Shown piece after piece: positions 25,243 to 38,300 of a stretch of 64,000 nucleotides of DNA. Position numbers and translations under genes: made by a program. Each line of letters starts with the position of its first letter. The stretch's first letter is position 1. Origin of the DNA: Balanoglossus misakiensis (taxonomy: Eukaryota > Animalia > Hemichordata); the NCBI GenBank assembly GCA_040954595.2, contig CM082596.2, forward strand, positions 1,331,854 to 1,395,853. The letters are read 5' to 3'. The notes under the pieces are model-generated. The model saw only the letters and a program-made list of their open reading frames with translations. It was not told where the DNA came from and ran no database searches.

Positions 25243-27557
25243 ACGTCGACTGGGCATCCTTTTTCGCAAAACTTACTCCCACTTTTTTTTCTACAATATC
25301 TCCATACAATGCTGAGTTGATGTCACAGATGCTCCCTATTGTAATACAAAGATGTTATACAATGCATACGATTGTGTATTGTGATCTTGGCTTTGCCCTG
25401 GTGCACATCCATTCATTAGTTCAATGTCAACGCGCATGGTCACTACCAGTCGCTTTAGCTTTTGTTGACAATGGAATCTATAGGCATACATTATGATATC
25501 TATGCTAACAATTTTAATCCATTAGTCGCGTACACGCATTTATTTTATCTGTTTGTTGGCTATCCATCAAGAAGACGCCCACTGTCCATTATTTTTGGCC
25601 ATCCTTCGTCTTTTTCTTTCCATGACGTTTAACTTCGTTCTTTTCTTTCATCCTGAATGGTCGGTCCATTTAATGACCCGTTTCGCATGTAACAATGCAT
25701 TAGCTGTATACAGCTATTGTTTGGTTTTGTGGTTTTTAACTTCAACACTCCGACAGCAGCCAAGCTTCACAGAAACCTTGAGGCATAGTCAGTAGCCTTT
25801 AAATGGTCCGGTTGAGGGCACACACCATTGAATCAGAAGATAAAAGTTGCCGCAGCTGACGAGATGAGGGATGTGAGAGAGTCTGAAATGTCATCGGTCA
25901 TTGCTGGATTTATTTCTGCACAGTATCACTATCCTGGGATCTTTAGTCAGATAACTGATGCTATTGACATAGGTGGTAATGAGAGGTCACTTGTTATCTA
26001 CATCATGTCGTCGACAGCTGCCTTTTTTTCTTCATCCGAAATATGTTCACAGTCAGTAGACTTGGAGTCAGTCAATGTTTACGGAAGACTGACATTTTTG
26101 CAGTATACAAACTTCATTTATTCTGAAATCGTCATTACAAAATTGTCACGACGAGGTCCAAACAGCAGCATTGTCTCAGAATTAAGGCAAATATAAGATC
26201 AAAAGAGCCAAAGTTTGATCTATAGTTTATCCAGAAGCATGGTAATCAGATTATGCGCATCAGATTGTCAAAATTGAAACTTTCTAGGTTTTAAATGTTA
26301 CATTATCTAACCCTATGTTACCTTAGCAACCAACCACAAGCGCGTAATCTATAGTGCTTACTTTTGACACTGACTTAGCTTCAACTGTCCGTTGAGGGCG
26401 CTTTGTTACATCCACCCAACCCTCATTGAAACAATGAAAGTCAAAGACACTTTACCAGTAATTACAATACAACAGGGGTTTGTCATTAGATCTAAGAATG
26501 GGAAACTATCCCTCCAAGACCCTGTCTAAACCCCTGTTCGGTAAAGTAACTGTTACTACATCTACACAACAAAAACCTGACTACATCTACAATTCTCTAA
26601 ATGCCATCATCCCATATTTGTCTTCGTGTATAACCATGTATTAAAAATCCAAGTTATATTTACACTTTATAATGAATCTTTTTTTATCCTACACTACCCC
26701 ATCACCATGTGTCAAGTCGTATCTGAGCATTGCTGGTACAGTACCCCCTCCCCCACCCACCCCTCAAAGAGGCTTAGGGAGAGGTTGACACACTTCAACT
26801 CCTGTTGATAGAAGCGACTACACTCATCCACCATCAAATATTAGGTTTCGTTACAATGATAATTTACAGGAAAAATCATCAATATTTCAAGAAATATTGC
26901 TTCTTGGCCCAGGGCTTGTAACAGAGTGATGATGCTGAATTGCAAAGATGATTTGCCACAAAGCAGCGAATGAAGATGACTCCACCGTAAGCATTTCAAG
27001 CATGACACAACAAATGGTGAAGCAGCCACACTGACTTTAGCAGCAACACTTTTTCTGGACTTGATCTCATTTGGTGAGAGGCGGTGATCCACAACCACCT
27101 CTGAAAACAGATTTCCACTTTCCAAATGTGCCATGATTAGAATCAGAAAAATGAAAACTCAGGAGAAGTACTATATTAAAGTGTTTACAATAGACATACA
27201 TGTACTGGATTGTCAAAAATTGGCATTTTATTACTTTTTTTTTCTGCCAAAATTTTATAAGGGTCAGCGCTGTTACTGAAATCACATAACTCTGTACAAT
27301 AGGTAATCAATTTATATACTGACTGAACAGCCATCTTTCCTTGGACATTATACAAAAGACTAAGCACAGAGTTCTTTGATTTTTGCTGCAAATTGATGAA
27401 ATCAACAGATTATCCTGGAAATACACTGCCGTATGGAAATAATTGTAACATATTTTTGAAAACTTGCTGTGCACAGTAAAGGCAGTGAAACTACTTGGTG
27501 GAAAAGGATTGGGTTTGTGGTGTGAGTTTTCACAGGAATTGGATGAAAACATTTGAA

Positions 27558-27690
27558 TACTGCCCTCACAGGTTGATCCTGGGGTTCCTACTTTCTCTTT
27601 CTGTATATGAATTCTGTGTACTGCCCTCACAGGCTGATCCTGGGGTTCCTACTTTCTGTAATGAATACTGTGTACTGCCCTCACAGGCTG
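27558..27690. repeat. Tandem repeat of about 55-60 bp, roughly 2.3 copies
   Basis: TACTGCCCTCACAGG(T/C)TGA three times; TCCTGGGGTTCCTACTTTCT twice. Confidence 0.85.
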
Positions 27691-28906
27691 AAAGCAGCTA
27701 GTCTTACCCACCAGTATTAGCCATGGATGATATCTTGAAGCAAAGCGTAATTTTACAGGACTTTTACAATGCATGATGAAAGCACACAGATAACAGAATA
27801 GCCAGCATGAACAAAACATGAAAGAAAAGCAAATGTATCAACACTATCTGTACCTCTGAGCCTCACAGAATAACAGCACTTGTTGTTTGGGATTTATACT
27901 AAGACCTGAGACCCAGCATGGGTTGTAGAATTTCAACTTCTTGCTTTAGTGCTAAACTTTGCCTAATAAAAGTAGAGGTGGGACAATTTGTAACACTATC
28001 CAAAGTATCAAACAAACTATCCTGTTCCCAAATCCCATCAGAATTATACAAAAAACGATTTATAATACAAAAAAAACTTCTTGTGATACCATACTTCGCA
28101 TGAAAACATTTCATACAATAAAATTTTACATCATAATTACGTTATGAGAGTCACTGACCAATCAAAGACTGACAGTATTTCCAAATTTAAGAATGTAAAC
28201 TTGATTGGTTAAAATAGGTCACATGCTATGATTAATTCCATATATGGAAATACTGCCTAACCAATAAGACATCACCTGACAAAAATGTTAGCAATGGTGA
28301 GCATACTTGTAAAACTCTTTGAGTAAGGCAAATAAGCATTAATATACACATATAATGATTCAATCTTTTTTTGTTCAAAATTCAAATATCACCTTTCAAA
28401 GACAAGTACCATCTGCTGTTACTGTGGTAACAGTCATTAAGTTTATGCTTCAACAGACCAACGTATATGGCTATTTCTGCAACCACTGAAAAGTCTTCAG
28501 TTTGTGCCATTGATTCTCTCAGTTTCTGTATCTCAATCTGACAACAACAACAACAACAGGTTGTAACTGAATGTTTTCTTCCAATGTCTTGTCTTAGCAA
28601 GTCTCTGGACAGATCCATTACCATGGTAACAAACTGGTCAAATATAAGGCAGTAGTGAATTTTATGCAATCGTCCTTCCTCCTTTGAAACCAGCATTGGT
28701 CCGTAAAGTCCATGGAATATCTGGTGCACATCAGTAATCGAACAGCAATGTCATGTACGATGCAAACTCAAATTATTCCATCGTTGTGAGCTTTCAAAAA
28801 TCCTGCAGCATTATACATCTATAGGCCACCACCATCCAGTATTTGAATCCACGGAAAAACACTTAGTTCATCCGGTAGAGGGAAAAATTCATTCTGTGTG
28901 TTGTGT

Positions 28907-29147
28907 TCATTCTGTGAGTAAAGACTCTGTCACAAAAGGGTGTCTCAACAACTCTTCAGCACTAAGTCTGACTTGTGGATTCTTGTTAAAAATGCGGATG
29001 AGGAAATCTTTTGCTTCTTTCGATACTGTTTGTGGTAGCTCTGGTATTGTTTGTTGCGTTGCTATCTTGAAGATGGCCGCCATCGCTTCATATTCTGCCC
29101 AGGGAGGGTTCTTTGTGAACATTTCTACAACTGTACAACCAATACTC
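28907..29147 (-). CDS. MAP3K2/3 last coding exon (SIGCTVVEM...LLTE*)
   Basis: cag acceptor, TGA at 28907-28909. Confidence 0.95.
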
Positions 29148-29311
29148 CTGCAGAAATAATAATAAGTAAGCATTTACTGAAGAACACAAGGAATCTGTAC
29201 ACAGCCATGGATTTCTAGGCCATATGACATGTTGTCCCACAACGACATGACAGACAGACCTATATCATCATCAGCATCAGCATCATCATCATCATCATCA
29301 TCACCACCACC

Positions 29312-29345
<34 letters not shown>

Positions 29346-32300
29346 TGGTCGTCGTAAACACCCACATGAACTTTCCTATCACAAACACAGACAAACATCA
29401 CTCACCACACATCTGCCTTCCTTCCATAACCCTCTCCATTAATGACCTCAGGACTCATCCAATAAGGGGTGCCGGTCACTGATTTCATTCCATTCAACGT
29501 ACAAATTGTCTGCAATCTCTTGGAGGCACCAAAGTCTGCTAGTTTCACATTCCCAACTGCATCTCGTAAAATGTTTGCACCTGAAGCAGAAAATTCAAAC
29601 TAGTTCATAAGAGAGTCCAATGGCATTGGTCAAACAAAGCAAGTCACCATGATCAATTATTCCAAACTGTCACAAAAAGTTTATGCCAGTACAGTCATTT
29701 TCCCTTCCTACGATAAAACAACAATCACAGAGTAACCCATTAAATAAGTGTATGGTAGGTTGCTGAGCAAACTCCAAATCCAAAGCACTAAAGAAGATTG
29801 CCAGATTTCTATTAATGCTCTGAATTACACAACTCACCTTTGATATCCCTGTGTACAATGTGATTGGCATGAAGATACGCAGCACCCTCTAGAATCTGTT
29901 TGGTGTACTTCCTCGTAACACCTTCTGTTAGAGCACCGTAATTCTTAAGTTCATCTTTAACAGACCCCTGCATCAACAAGAAAGTCATGTTACTATAGAG
30001 ACTGTTTGCATTCCAACGCAACTGAAATTCAAAGTTAAAGTCAGCTAACAAAGATGTCACACACGTTAGTAACACAAGCTGGAGGTCAAATCCATGGCAG
30101 AACAATCTACAGCACCAAGGCATATAACCAGGAAGTGACATCAGATGGTTTGAAAAGAGTTATCTCGCCCTGCTCCACAGGTTATACCCACTAACGAACA
30201 CCAAACTTACCCCTGGCATCAACTCCATAAATATACACAATGTCTTCTCATCCTCTCCACATCCAAAATACTGCACTATCCTTTCATGTTGTAGGTTTTT
30301 TAACAATTCTATTTCAACTTTTAATGCTTTTACTTCCTACGAAATAACCATAAAAAACAAAGTTTAAAACAGAGAAACAAAGACCAAACGAAAATGTCAT
30401 CAGGATTTTTCAAAACCAGAAAAAATGCATACAGTACATATCTACTGTGATGTAATGAAATACAAAGTTGTACTTTGTAGAGGGCACCATACCTTTCTGG
30501 CCTCTGAGTTGTCTTTCTCCAGTAGGACTGTTTTAACGGCTAACTCTCTGCCAGTGTCCGCATCGTAACAGATGTACACTTGGCCGAATGCACCTTGACC
30601 CATCAGACGACCTCGTCTCCAGTTGATGGGTGCCCGAGGAGCTGGAATCAAAGAAAGAAAAATAACAATAAAGTGAAGTAATAAACATGGTATATGTCCT
30701 CTGAACAGAATCTCAAATGAGATGATATCTCAGCTCCAAGAAACACTCCACATTTACATGACACAGACTAAGATGAATATACTCACACTTGGCATTTTCT
30801 TTAAGGCTGAGATCTTGCAACGTTCTCATGGCGAGTTGTAGATCGCTATTCCTGCGTTCCATCTTATCTAAGGAATCAATGTCAAGGCCAATGCCACTAC
30901 TACTGCTGCTCTTACTGAGTGATCCACTTCCATGTGGACTGAATGGATCCCTTCGTAATGCTGTGGGACTTGGCGCCTGATGGTGATGACGTGTTGGGAA
31001 GGTTCTCCTTCCTGCAAATGGGCAAAGAAAGAGATGTATTGGTTAAGCATGACTGATTGATTGATTGGTTGGCTGGCTAAATGACTGCCTACCTACCTAC
31101 CTACCTACCTACCTACCTACCTACCTACCTACCTACCTACCTACCTGCCTGCCTGCCTGCCTGACTGACTGACTGACTGACTGACTGACTGACTGGTTGG
31201 TTGGTTGGTTGGTTGGTAAGTAGGTAGGTATGTAGGTTGGTTGATGGTTGGCTGCCAGGAAGACTGGCTGACAGTGTCCAACTTTGCCATAGGCAACAAT
31301 AGCATTAGACCAAACCAAAGTGGTGAAAGGGTTTATACCCTGTCAGTGCTATGCTCTCTCAATTCTCAATTTAATCTCTTGTCGAATGATATTTCTAGTT
31401 AATGACTTACCATCAGTATAGTCTCTGATATATTGTTTGCCGCTGTGCCTTTTTGGGTAGGTACCACCTTTGGCCATCTCTCCGTTGTATGTAAACTCAG
31501 TATTCACTTCATCGTAACTGTTACACTTGGCTCGGAATGTTCGTCCACCAACACTACAGGAAGGGAAATAAGGAGAATGATCACAAAAGTTGCTTGAATG
31601 ACCAAATAAGTAATTGACTGATCGACTGTGGCAACATCAATGGTAAGTGACATTAGAATAAAAGGTCATCTATTGGAACCCAGAACAGACATGGTAAGGA
31701 AACTTACCTTCCAAGTGATCTGCTCCTGTAAGCACTATCTACAGACTGTTGACTACTGGCATCATAATAATGATCAGTCTGCAAAAAAATGACATATCAA
31801 TATCATTAATATCTTTTCCATTATTTTTCATACAAATTTGTACTTTATCTGTTTTCCATTGTAGCAATTAACATTGTTTCAGTTTTAAGACAAGGCCTCA
31901 ATCATGCAGACTTCTCTATACACATGGACAAAGACAGACACATACATACACACCCAGACTCACAGGCACATACAGCCATACACACAGACACACTTACATC
32001 CACATCTTCTTCTGGAATAAACCTTCCTCCTCCTCCGCAATCAAACGACCCACTATGCGGCAAATCCTCGCTGTCCGGAGTGATTCCAGGCGGAGGGGAA
32101 TGTGACTGCCGGGATTGCTGAGGGGGAGCTGAGTGTCGCTTCACTCCTTCTAATCCCGTGGCTGGAATATCTTGAGGCACTGAATGTGAGCGGTATGGAA
32201 TGGCTTTGCTGTTGTTGTTGCTGATCTGAAAATTTAACACATGCATAGGATTCTCATTAGACAGTGTCTGTAGGGCCTGAGTATGTGAATAGGTTTTACG

Positions 32301-35300
32301 TTGGCTTAACCCTTTTACCCCCAATGCCCAGCAGGTCCAATTACAGTTCATCGTAGAAAACAGTGGGTTTGGACCAAACCATGGTGGTGAAAAGGTAACC
32401 ATAGGGCTCAAGGTCTTGGGGTAGAAGTACAATGTACAGTTTATTTTGAGTAGAGAGAATATCATGTTAATTGTGTCAATCCTGCACCAGGCACTGACTC
32501 TAAATGAATATATATGGATGCAGACCAAATGTAACCCCCAGAGGCTTTTTGTAGCCATCGTCTAGTCTGAGACCGATTGTACATGATTGCGAAAGACACA
32601 GCCGAACAGGAAACACAACTCAACACAGTGAGTGGGTAGAAATCTGATCCAACATGGGAGCAAACAAGCGCCAGGTTTTACTGACTTCACTAAGTGGTCT
32701 ATGAGGGGAACAGTAATACTATATAAAATCCGAACAAGTTTGGGAATATGCCTATTGCATGCATCACAGAAAACTGATATCTCTGGGGATTACACAAAAT
32801 GTCTCTGTGATTTCAGAGCTGAAAGAGCACTGTGTCTCAGTAACTCAAGACTTGGGAATTTACGGGAAATGTAACTAGATCACAATAACCGTAGAAACTG
32901 TGTCTGTGGCATTGTAAGTATTTCTTATGTCACAGAACAGTTGATTTTAGTTTTACAAGGGGCTGATGACTTGTCATATTTTGAGGAATAAATCAGAGAT
33001 ACTTACATGTGTGTCAAATAGATCACGCAGAGGACCGTTAGGTGGCGGGATGTTCGGACTGTGTCCAGGATCCGAACTGGTCAGATAAATCCGTAATGAC
33101 TTGCTGCTCTTGCTCTGCAGACCATGGTCCATCAATTCCAACGCCTGATTCAGATCAAGCTGGGTTTTCAACGGAATCGTCAACTGAAATACGAAGGGAA
33201 ATACACCACTTAAGACACAAACACAACTTTGGAAAGAAAGACGTCACTTCTAGAGGATGTTTCCACCTCCGTAAAAACTTGATATAATTTTGCTTTTTGG
33301 CCAAGTACTTTGAACAAACAGACTTCTGTTGCGGTTTGGATTCTGTTACAAGTACAACTGTAGTTGCATTCTGGTGGGACTGAAAACCAAACCAACATGA
33401 TGCTCTGAAATATTTACAGAATTTAGAATTTAGTCCGGATGCTGATCCTTATAGAAGCAATTGGATGTTGAATGAGATTTTAAAACAAAAAAACAATTAA
33501 ACTCTAACAGACATTTCAGCAGTGGGAGCTTGAGTCATTCTGTTTGATGTTGCCATGGTAGCAACATCAAAATAATCTGTATCCCAGTAAGACAATATGG
33601 CAGACTATTAACACCATGGAATCTCAATTACATCTTACAATTCTGTATGATACTGGCTAACTTAACGAACATTCACCAAACTCTCAAACTGACTTATAAC
33701 CAAGACTGATGATTGTTAGAAGAAAAAACAGACACTATCCCACGCTAGACAGCATATGTGGTTGCCATGGAATCTTGGCACAGTAACCATGTGATGACAG
33801 GACTACTTGTCGTTCTCGAACACGTGAAAGATTTCAGCAACCATTTTAACTGATCACAAAAACATCCCAGCTTAATTCAGTACTCCCATGGTGATCTCAT
33901 ACAGCACCAATTTGCCTGTTTATTTTAACAGTTTCTGTGGGCGTACAAATACTGAGTGATACAGCCCACACAATCTTGCAGTACACACACTACCTGGGTA
34001 CCAGACATTCCAACTACGAATATCCAGCACTGGCTAGCACTTCGCACCCTCTAGAGGGCGTCATGCTTGAGTGAGTGACGCAACATGACAGGACTTTCTT
34101 AATTTCCTCCGAGTGTGGTCGGAATTATGACATCACAGTTGCTCAATGGAAGTTAATTGGTTTCCATATCATGCTGGTACCCAGCAGTCGACTAGTTTCA
34201 AAACAATTAAAACTTTCACAACTTTGAATGAATGCTTGTTAATTAACTTTTAAATCTCAATGAACAGGGAAAGCCGGAAGAAAACAAAACAAATTTTGCA
34301 TCATGTGGATCTTGATTTGTCACTTTTGTAATTTGTTACAGTTTGTTCACCCTTTCACCCCCGTTTCCCTGTATAAAGGTCCGGCATTGCTGTTGAAAAC
34401 ATTGGAGTTGGACCAAACCATGGTGGTGAAAGTGTTAAACAAACTATCAGTGAGAACACCTAGTGCAAAGAAGTTATTTCCCTGAGTTGACATCACTGTT
34501 GAGCTAAGAGACAAAGACATTTACCTCATTGTTGCAGTAATGCATATGCAGGGGTTGTGTCGCTTCATATGCAGTCTTGGCCTTCTTCAGCAAATCCGCA
34601 AAATTGACAGGTCTTGGAACAAACACCGCCCTGTACAGACAAAAGATGTACGCAAGCCAGTAAATAAACACAGTCAAAAATCCAACTTGGACATGTCAAT
34701 GTCCCAGTGTTGTATAATCAGTCGGTCAAACCACTTGACTGAGCAGGAATGATCTTGACATGTGTACAAGTACTCAGAGAGTTGTCAACAAACCATTTGT
34801 GGGATGGTCGATTTACTTCATGGGGAGAGCAAACCACAGTGTATCACAGAAGGTGACCTTAATACTGGCTTCAATGTCCCCAGTTCGTTCTCTGGGTCAT
34901 GTCTGCATTTCAGCTGCGTTTCATAGAAGAACAAACTGTTTTACGAGGGGCACAGAAGAAACAAGGGATGAACTAAAAAACCAGCTTCAACTATAAGATT
35001 CAGTATATCTATAAAGCGATGTATTTCTTTGATAATATCGAAACACTTCATAACTTTGACATCTACCGGTATAAAACACTTTTCTATTCAAAAGATCTAA
35101 ATGAGGCATCTGGGTTGTAACATGACCCTTTTATTGATTTTGCAGCAGATTTCTCAAACTTAACATCCTTCAAATACTAAACTATTCCATGATTTACACC
35201 ATTTTGACACAAAAGATCGCAAGTTTGATGGCTTCTCCTTCAAATACTAAACAATCGATGATTTACACCAGTTTGATGGTTTCATGGTCATGCAGTTAAT

Positions 35301-38300
35301 GTTTCACTGAAATACTTGTCTTTTTACAGAAGTATCTTTGTTGAGTTTGGAATGGATGTTTATTTTTCAAAAGCTTGTTGAAACTGTGGGAATATTCATG
35401 TACTGTATGGACTATAAACATCACTAACGTAGAGAGGGGTTTTCACAATTAAATAGGTACAGATTTTAGTTTTTCTGCCAAGAGTATTGCTACAGACAAT
35501 TCAGAAATAGCTATGTACTTTTTAGAGGTACAGGCAGTTTTCGAGTTGAGTCAGGGGACGCTCATTCCATTTCTCTGTAAACTATGAGTCATTCTTACAA
35601 ACCCTAGGAAAACTTCTGCTACAACTGATCACATGACATCATAACTTTACAAGTAAAATATGACTTTTGACAGTAGCGCACAGTCCTCAGTTACTCTGCA
35701 CCCAATGGCATTATGGGTAAAGTGAAAGAAAAGTGACCGACACAGGTCACTTTCCATGTAAAATATTGGAAAGTAAAATAAACTTGGGTTCCGATAAGGC
35801 CACATTCTGCAATAAATAGCAGTAAGCTTTGTGTTGTCTGTTGGTTCATTTTAGTTGTCAGCAAGCTATTACAGTGGCATGTGTTTCCATGATAAATGGA
35901 CACTGACCCCCCTCTGACATGACCTTTATCTGACCCAACAGATGTCTAAGGTCACCCAACATAAGTTAGTTGGTCAGATAGAGGCCAATTTACTTCCCCC
36001 CGTACTCTGGCTGGGAGAGTCAAATGTGTGTTGAGTCAAGACGGAAACATTAGACCATTCTGTGTATACAATCTTGGAATGACTTTCAGAACAAGTACAC
36101 ATGCAAACATGCTTGTTGTATAACATTTCATTACGTCATTGTGTAATGGATGTAAAACTTGCACCCCCCAAGAAACATCTCGGTTTTCTGTCTCAGTGAG
36201 AACCACAATAACTTTCAATTACAAATTAATCCAGTGTGGGTTTTTTCTGCAATGCCCTCCTGAAGAGAGTGGCTATAATAGTATAGGGCTGGTTTGTATG
36301 GTGGTTAGTTTTAATACTGGTGAGTTGATATTAAGATTCTGCAATTCCTTGATGGAGTTTCACTGTAACAGAAGTATCATTGTGTATGACAGCATTTTCT
36401 GTTTAATAAAGACATAACCTGACTGAAACATGAAAGTCCTTGAACCAACTTTGAAAGAAATAGTTTCAGGGTTCTCCAAAATGTGGCAAGGACAGACAAA
36501 CGGGCGACACTGGATGGCCACAACTACAAATCTTGAAGTCGATCTCCATTCTGAACTTAGAGGTCACATGATTGAGTGGCACCCCCCTTTGTAATAATGA
36601 TACAATTGAAAGATTTGGAAGTCAATAATTCATTTAAATTCCATTATCCCATGACCTTTCAAACTCAAATCTCGCATTAACACCAAAGTGCTCTACATCC
36701 AACGATTATTTAGTAATTACTGGCGCTTATCCATTGTGGTCCAGTCTGGTGGGGGGTTGGGAATGAGGTTGAACTGCTTGGGGATTTTTTGACAAATCTT
36801 TAAATCGAAATAAAGGTCATTTCAGAGTAAACAAATCTTCACTCTACAAGTGTTCAGGTGTAATGTGCACGTAAATCTCACTCGACTTATCTGCATGTAC
36901 CTGACTAAAGTCATCCATTATCTCTGAAATATAATCGAGGGGGGTGGGTAATCGTTCAAATGTTATCACTGTTGTTGACATCACAAAACAAAGAAATAAT
37001 ATTGTTGATTTTTTTACCTCTTTTCTCCCTGATACTCAAACTTGACTCGAACTTCATTCTGTAAGCAAATCAGATGCAAGCGTTATTGAAGATGTACTTT
37101 GTTGCAGGTGATGGTTTTTTCCGCGATCAGACACAGCAGTGAGCATGTCAGCTTTGGGTCTTATCTTCTCATACTCGCCATTCAGTCTCTGTTCGGATTT
37201 GCATACATTCCAGGGTTTTAACGATGAAACCAAGGTTCCAACTCTGATTTATCAGGCTCCAAGAACTACAGCCTACATTTGGGTTTTGTTTGACATCATA
37301 CATTCAGTTAATTCAAGAATATGCACCCTTTTGAGTTCTGTCTAAAACCAAAAAGCCAAAAGAGACTAAAATGTTCTCATAAATCAAATCTGTTTTTTGT
37401 CACTCAGCACTGTGTACAAGTTTAGAATAGGTGCTAGTTTATTATTTCATTATCTTGACCATCAACCAAAGCATAATAATAATGTGCGACTACTAAAAAA
37501 TTGAGAAACCATGAACTTACGGATGATGATCCTCGATGTGTCTTGTGTTTGGATTCTCGATAGCCAGCAGCTAAATCGGACTTGATCACATTCAAAACGT
37601 CATCGTCTTTCGTAGTAGCTGAAGAGAGACAAGAATTCATAAATCATGAGGAAGATATCAGAGAGAAGAATCTGTCAACCTCGGTCGTGTGGTGGTTTAC
37701 ATGTTTCATCACAGATATTACTGTAATGTAAAACGCTTACTATGGAGAGTCCTGGCTGGTGGATATCTATGGAAAGCCGTGGCTGTCTTAAGTGACATAA
37801 AATTATGTTGACATGGGGATTCTTTATATAATGATGTGCATACGTTATAAGGTGATGGGCATACGTTATAAGGTAATGCACATACGTTATAAGGTGATGG
37901 GCATACGTTATAAGGTGATGCGCATACGTTATAAGGTGATGCACATACGTTATAAGGTGATGGGCATACGTTATAAGGTGATGCGCATGCAGTATAAGGT
38001 GATGGGCATACGTTATAAGGTGATGGGCATACGTTATAAGGTGATGCACATACGTTATAAGGTGATGGGCACACTTTATACTGTGATGTTCTTGCGTTAT
38101 AAGGTGATGCGCATAAGTTGAACGGTGATAGGCATACATAAGGTGATGGGCATAAGTTATAAGGTGATGTGAACACTTTATAAGGTGATGTGCATACGTT
38201 ATAAGGTGATGTGAACACTTTATAATGTGATGCGCTTACGTTATAAGGTGATGTGCATACGTTATAAGGTGATGCACATACGTTATAAGGTGATGCGCAT

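Noticed and set aside
29174-29401. Poly-Asp/poly-Gly ORF
   Set aside because: Intronic (CAT)n/(CAC)n microsatellite between two well-defined kinase exons.
37619-37640. In-frame ATG at 37640 (MNSCLSS) as the MAP3K start
   Set aside because: These codons coincide with a strong polypyrimidine tract and cag, so they are better read as the acceptor; use as a minor start cannot be excluded.
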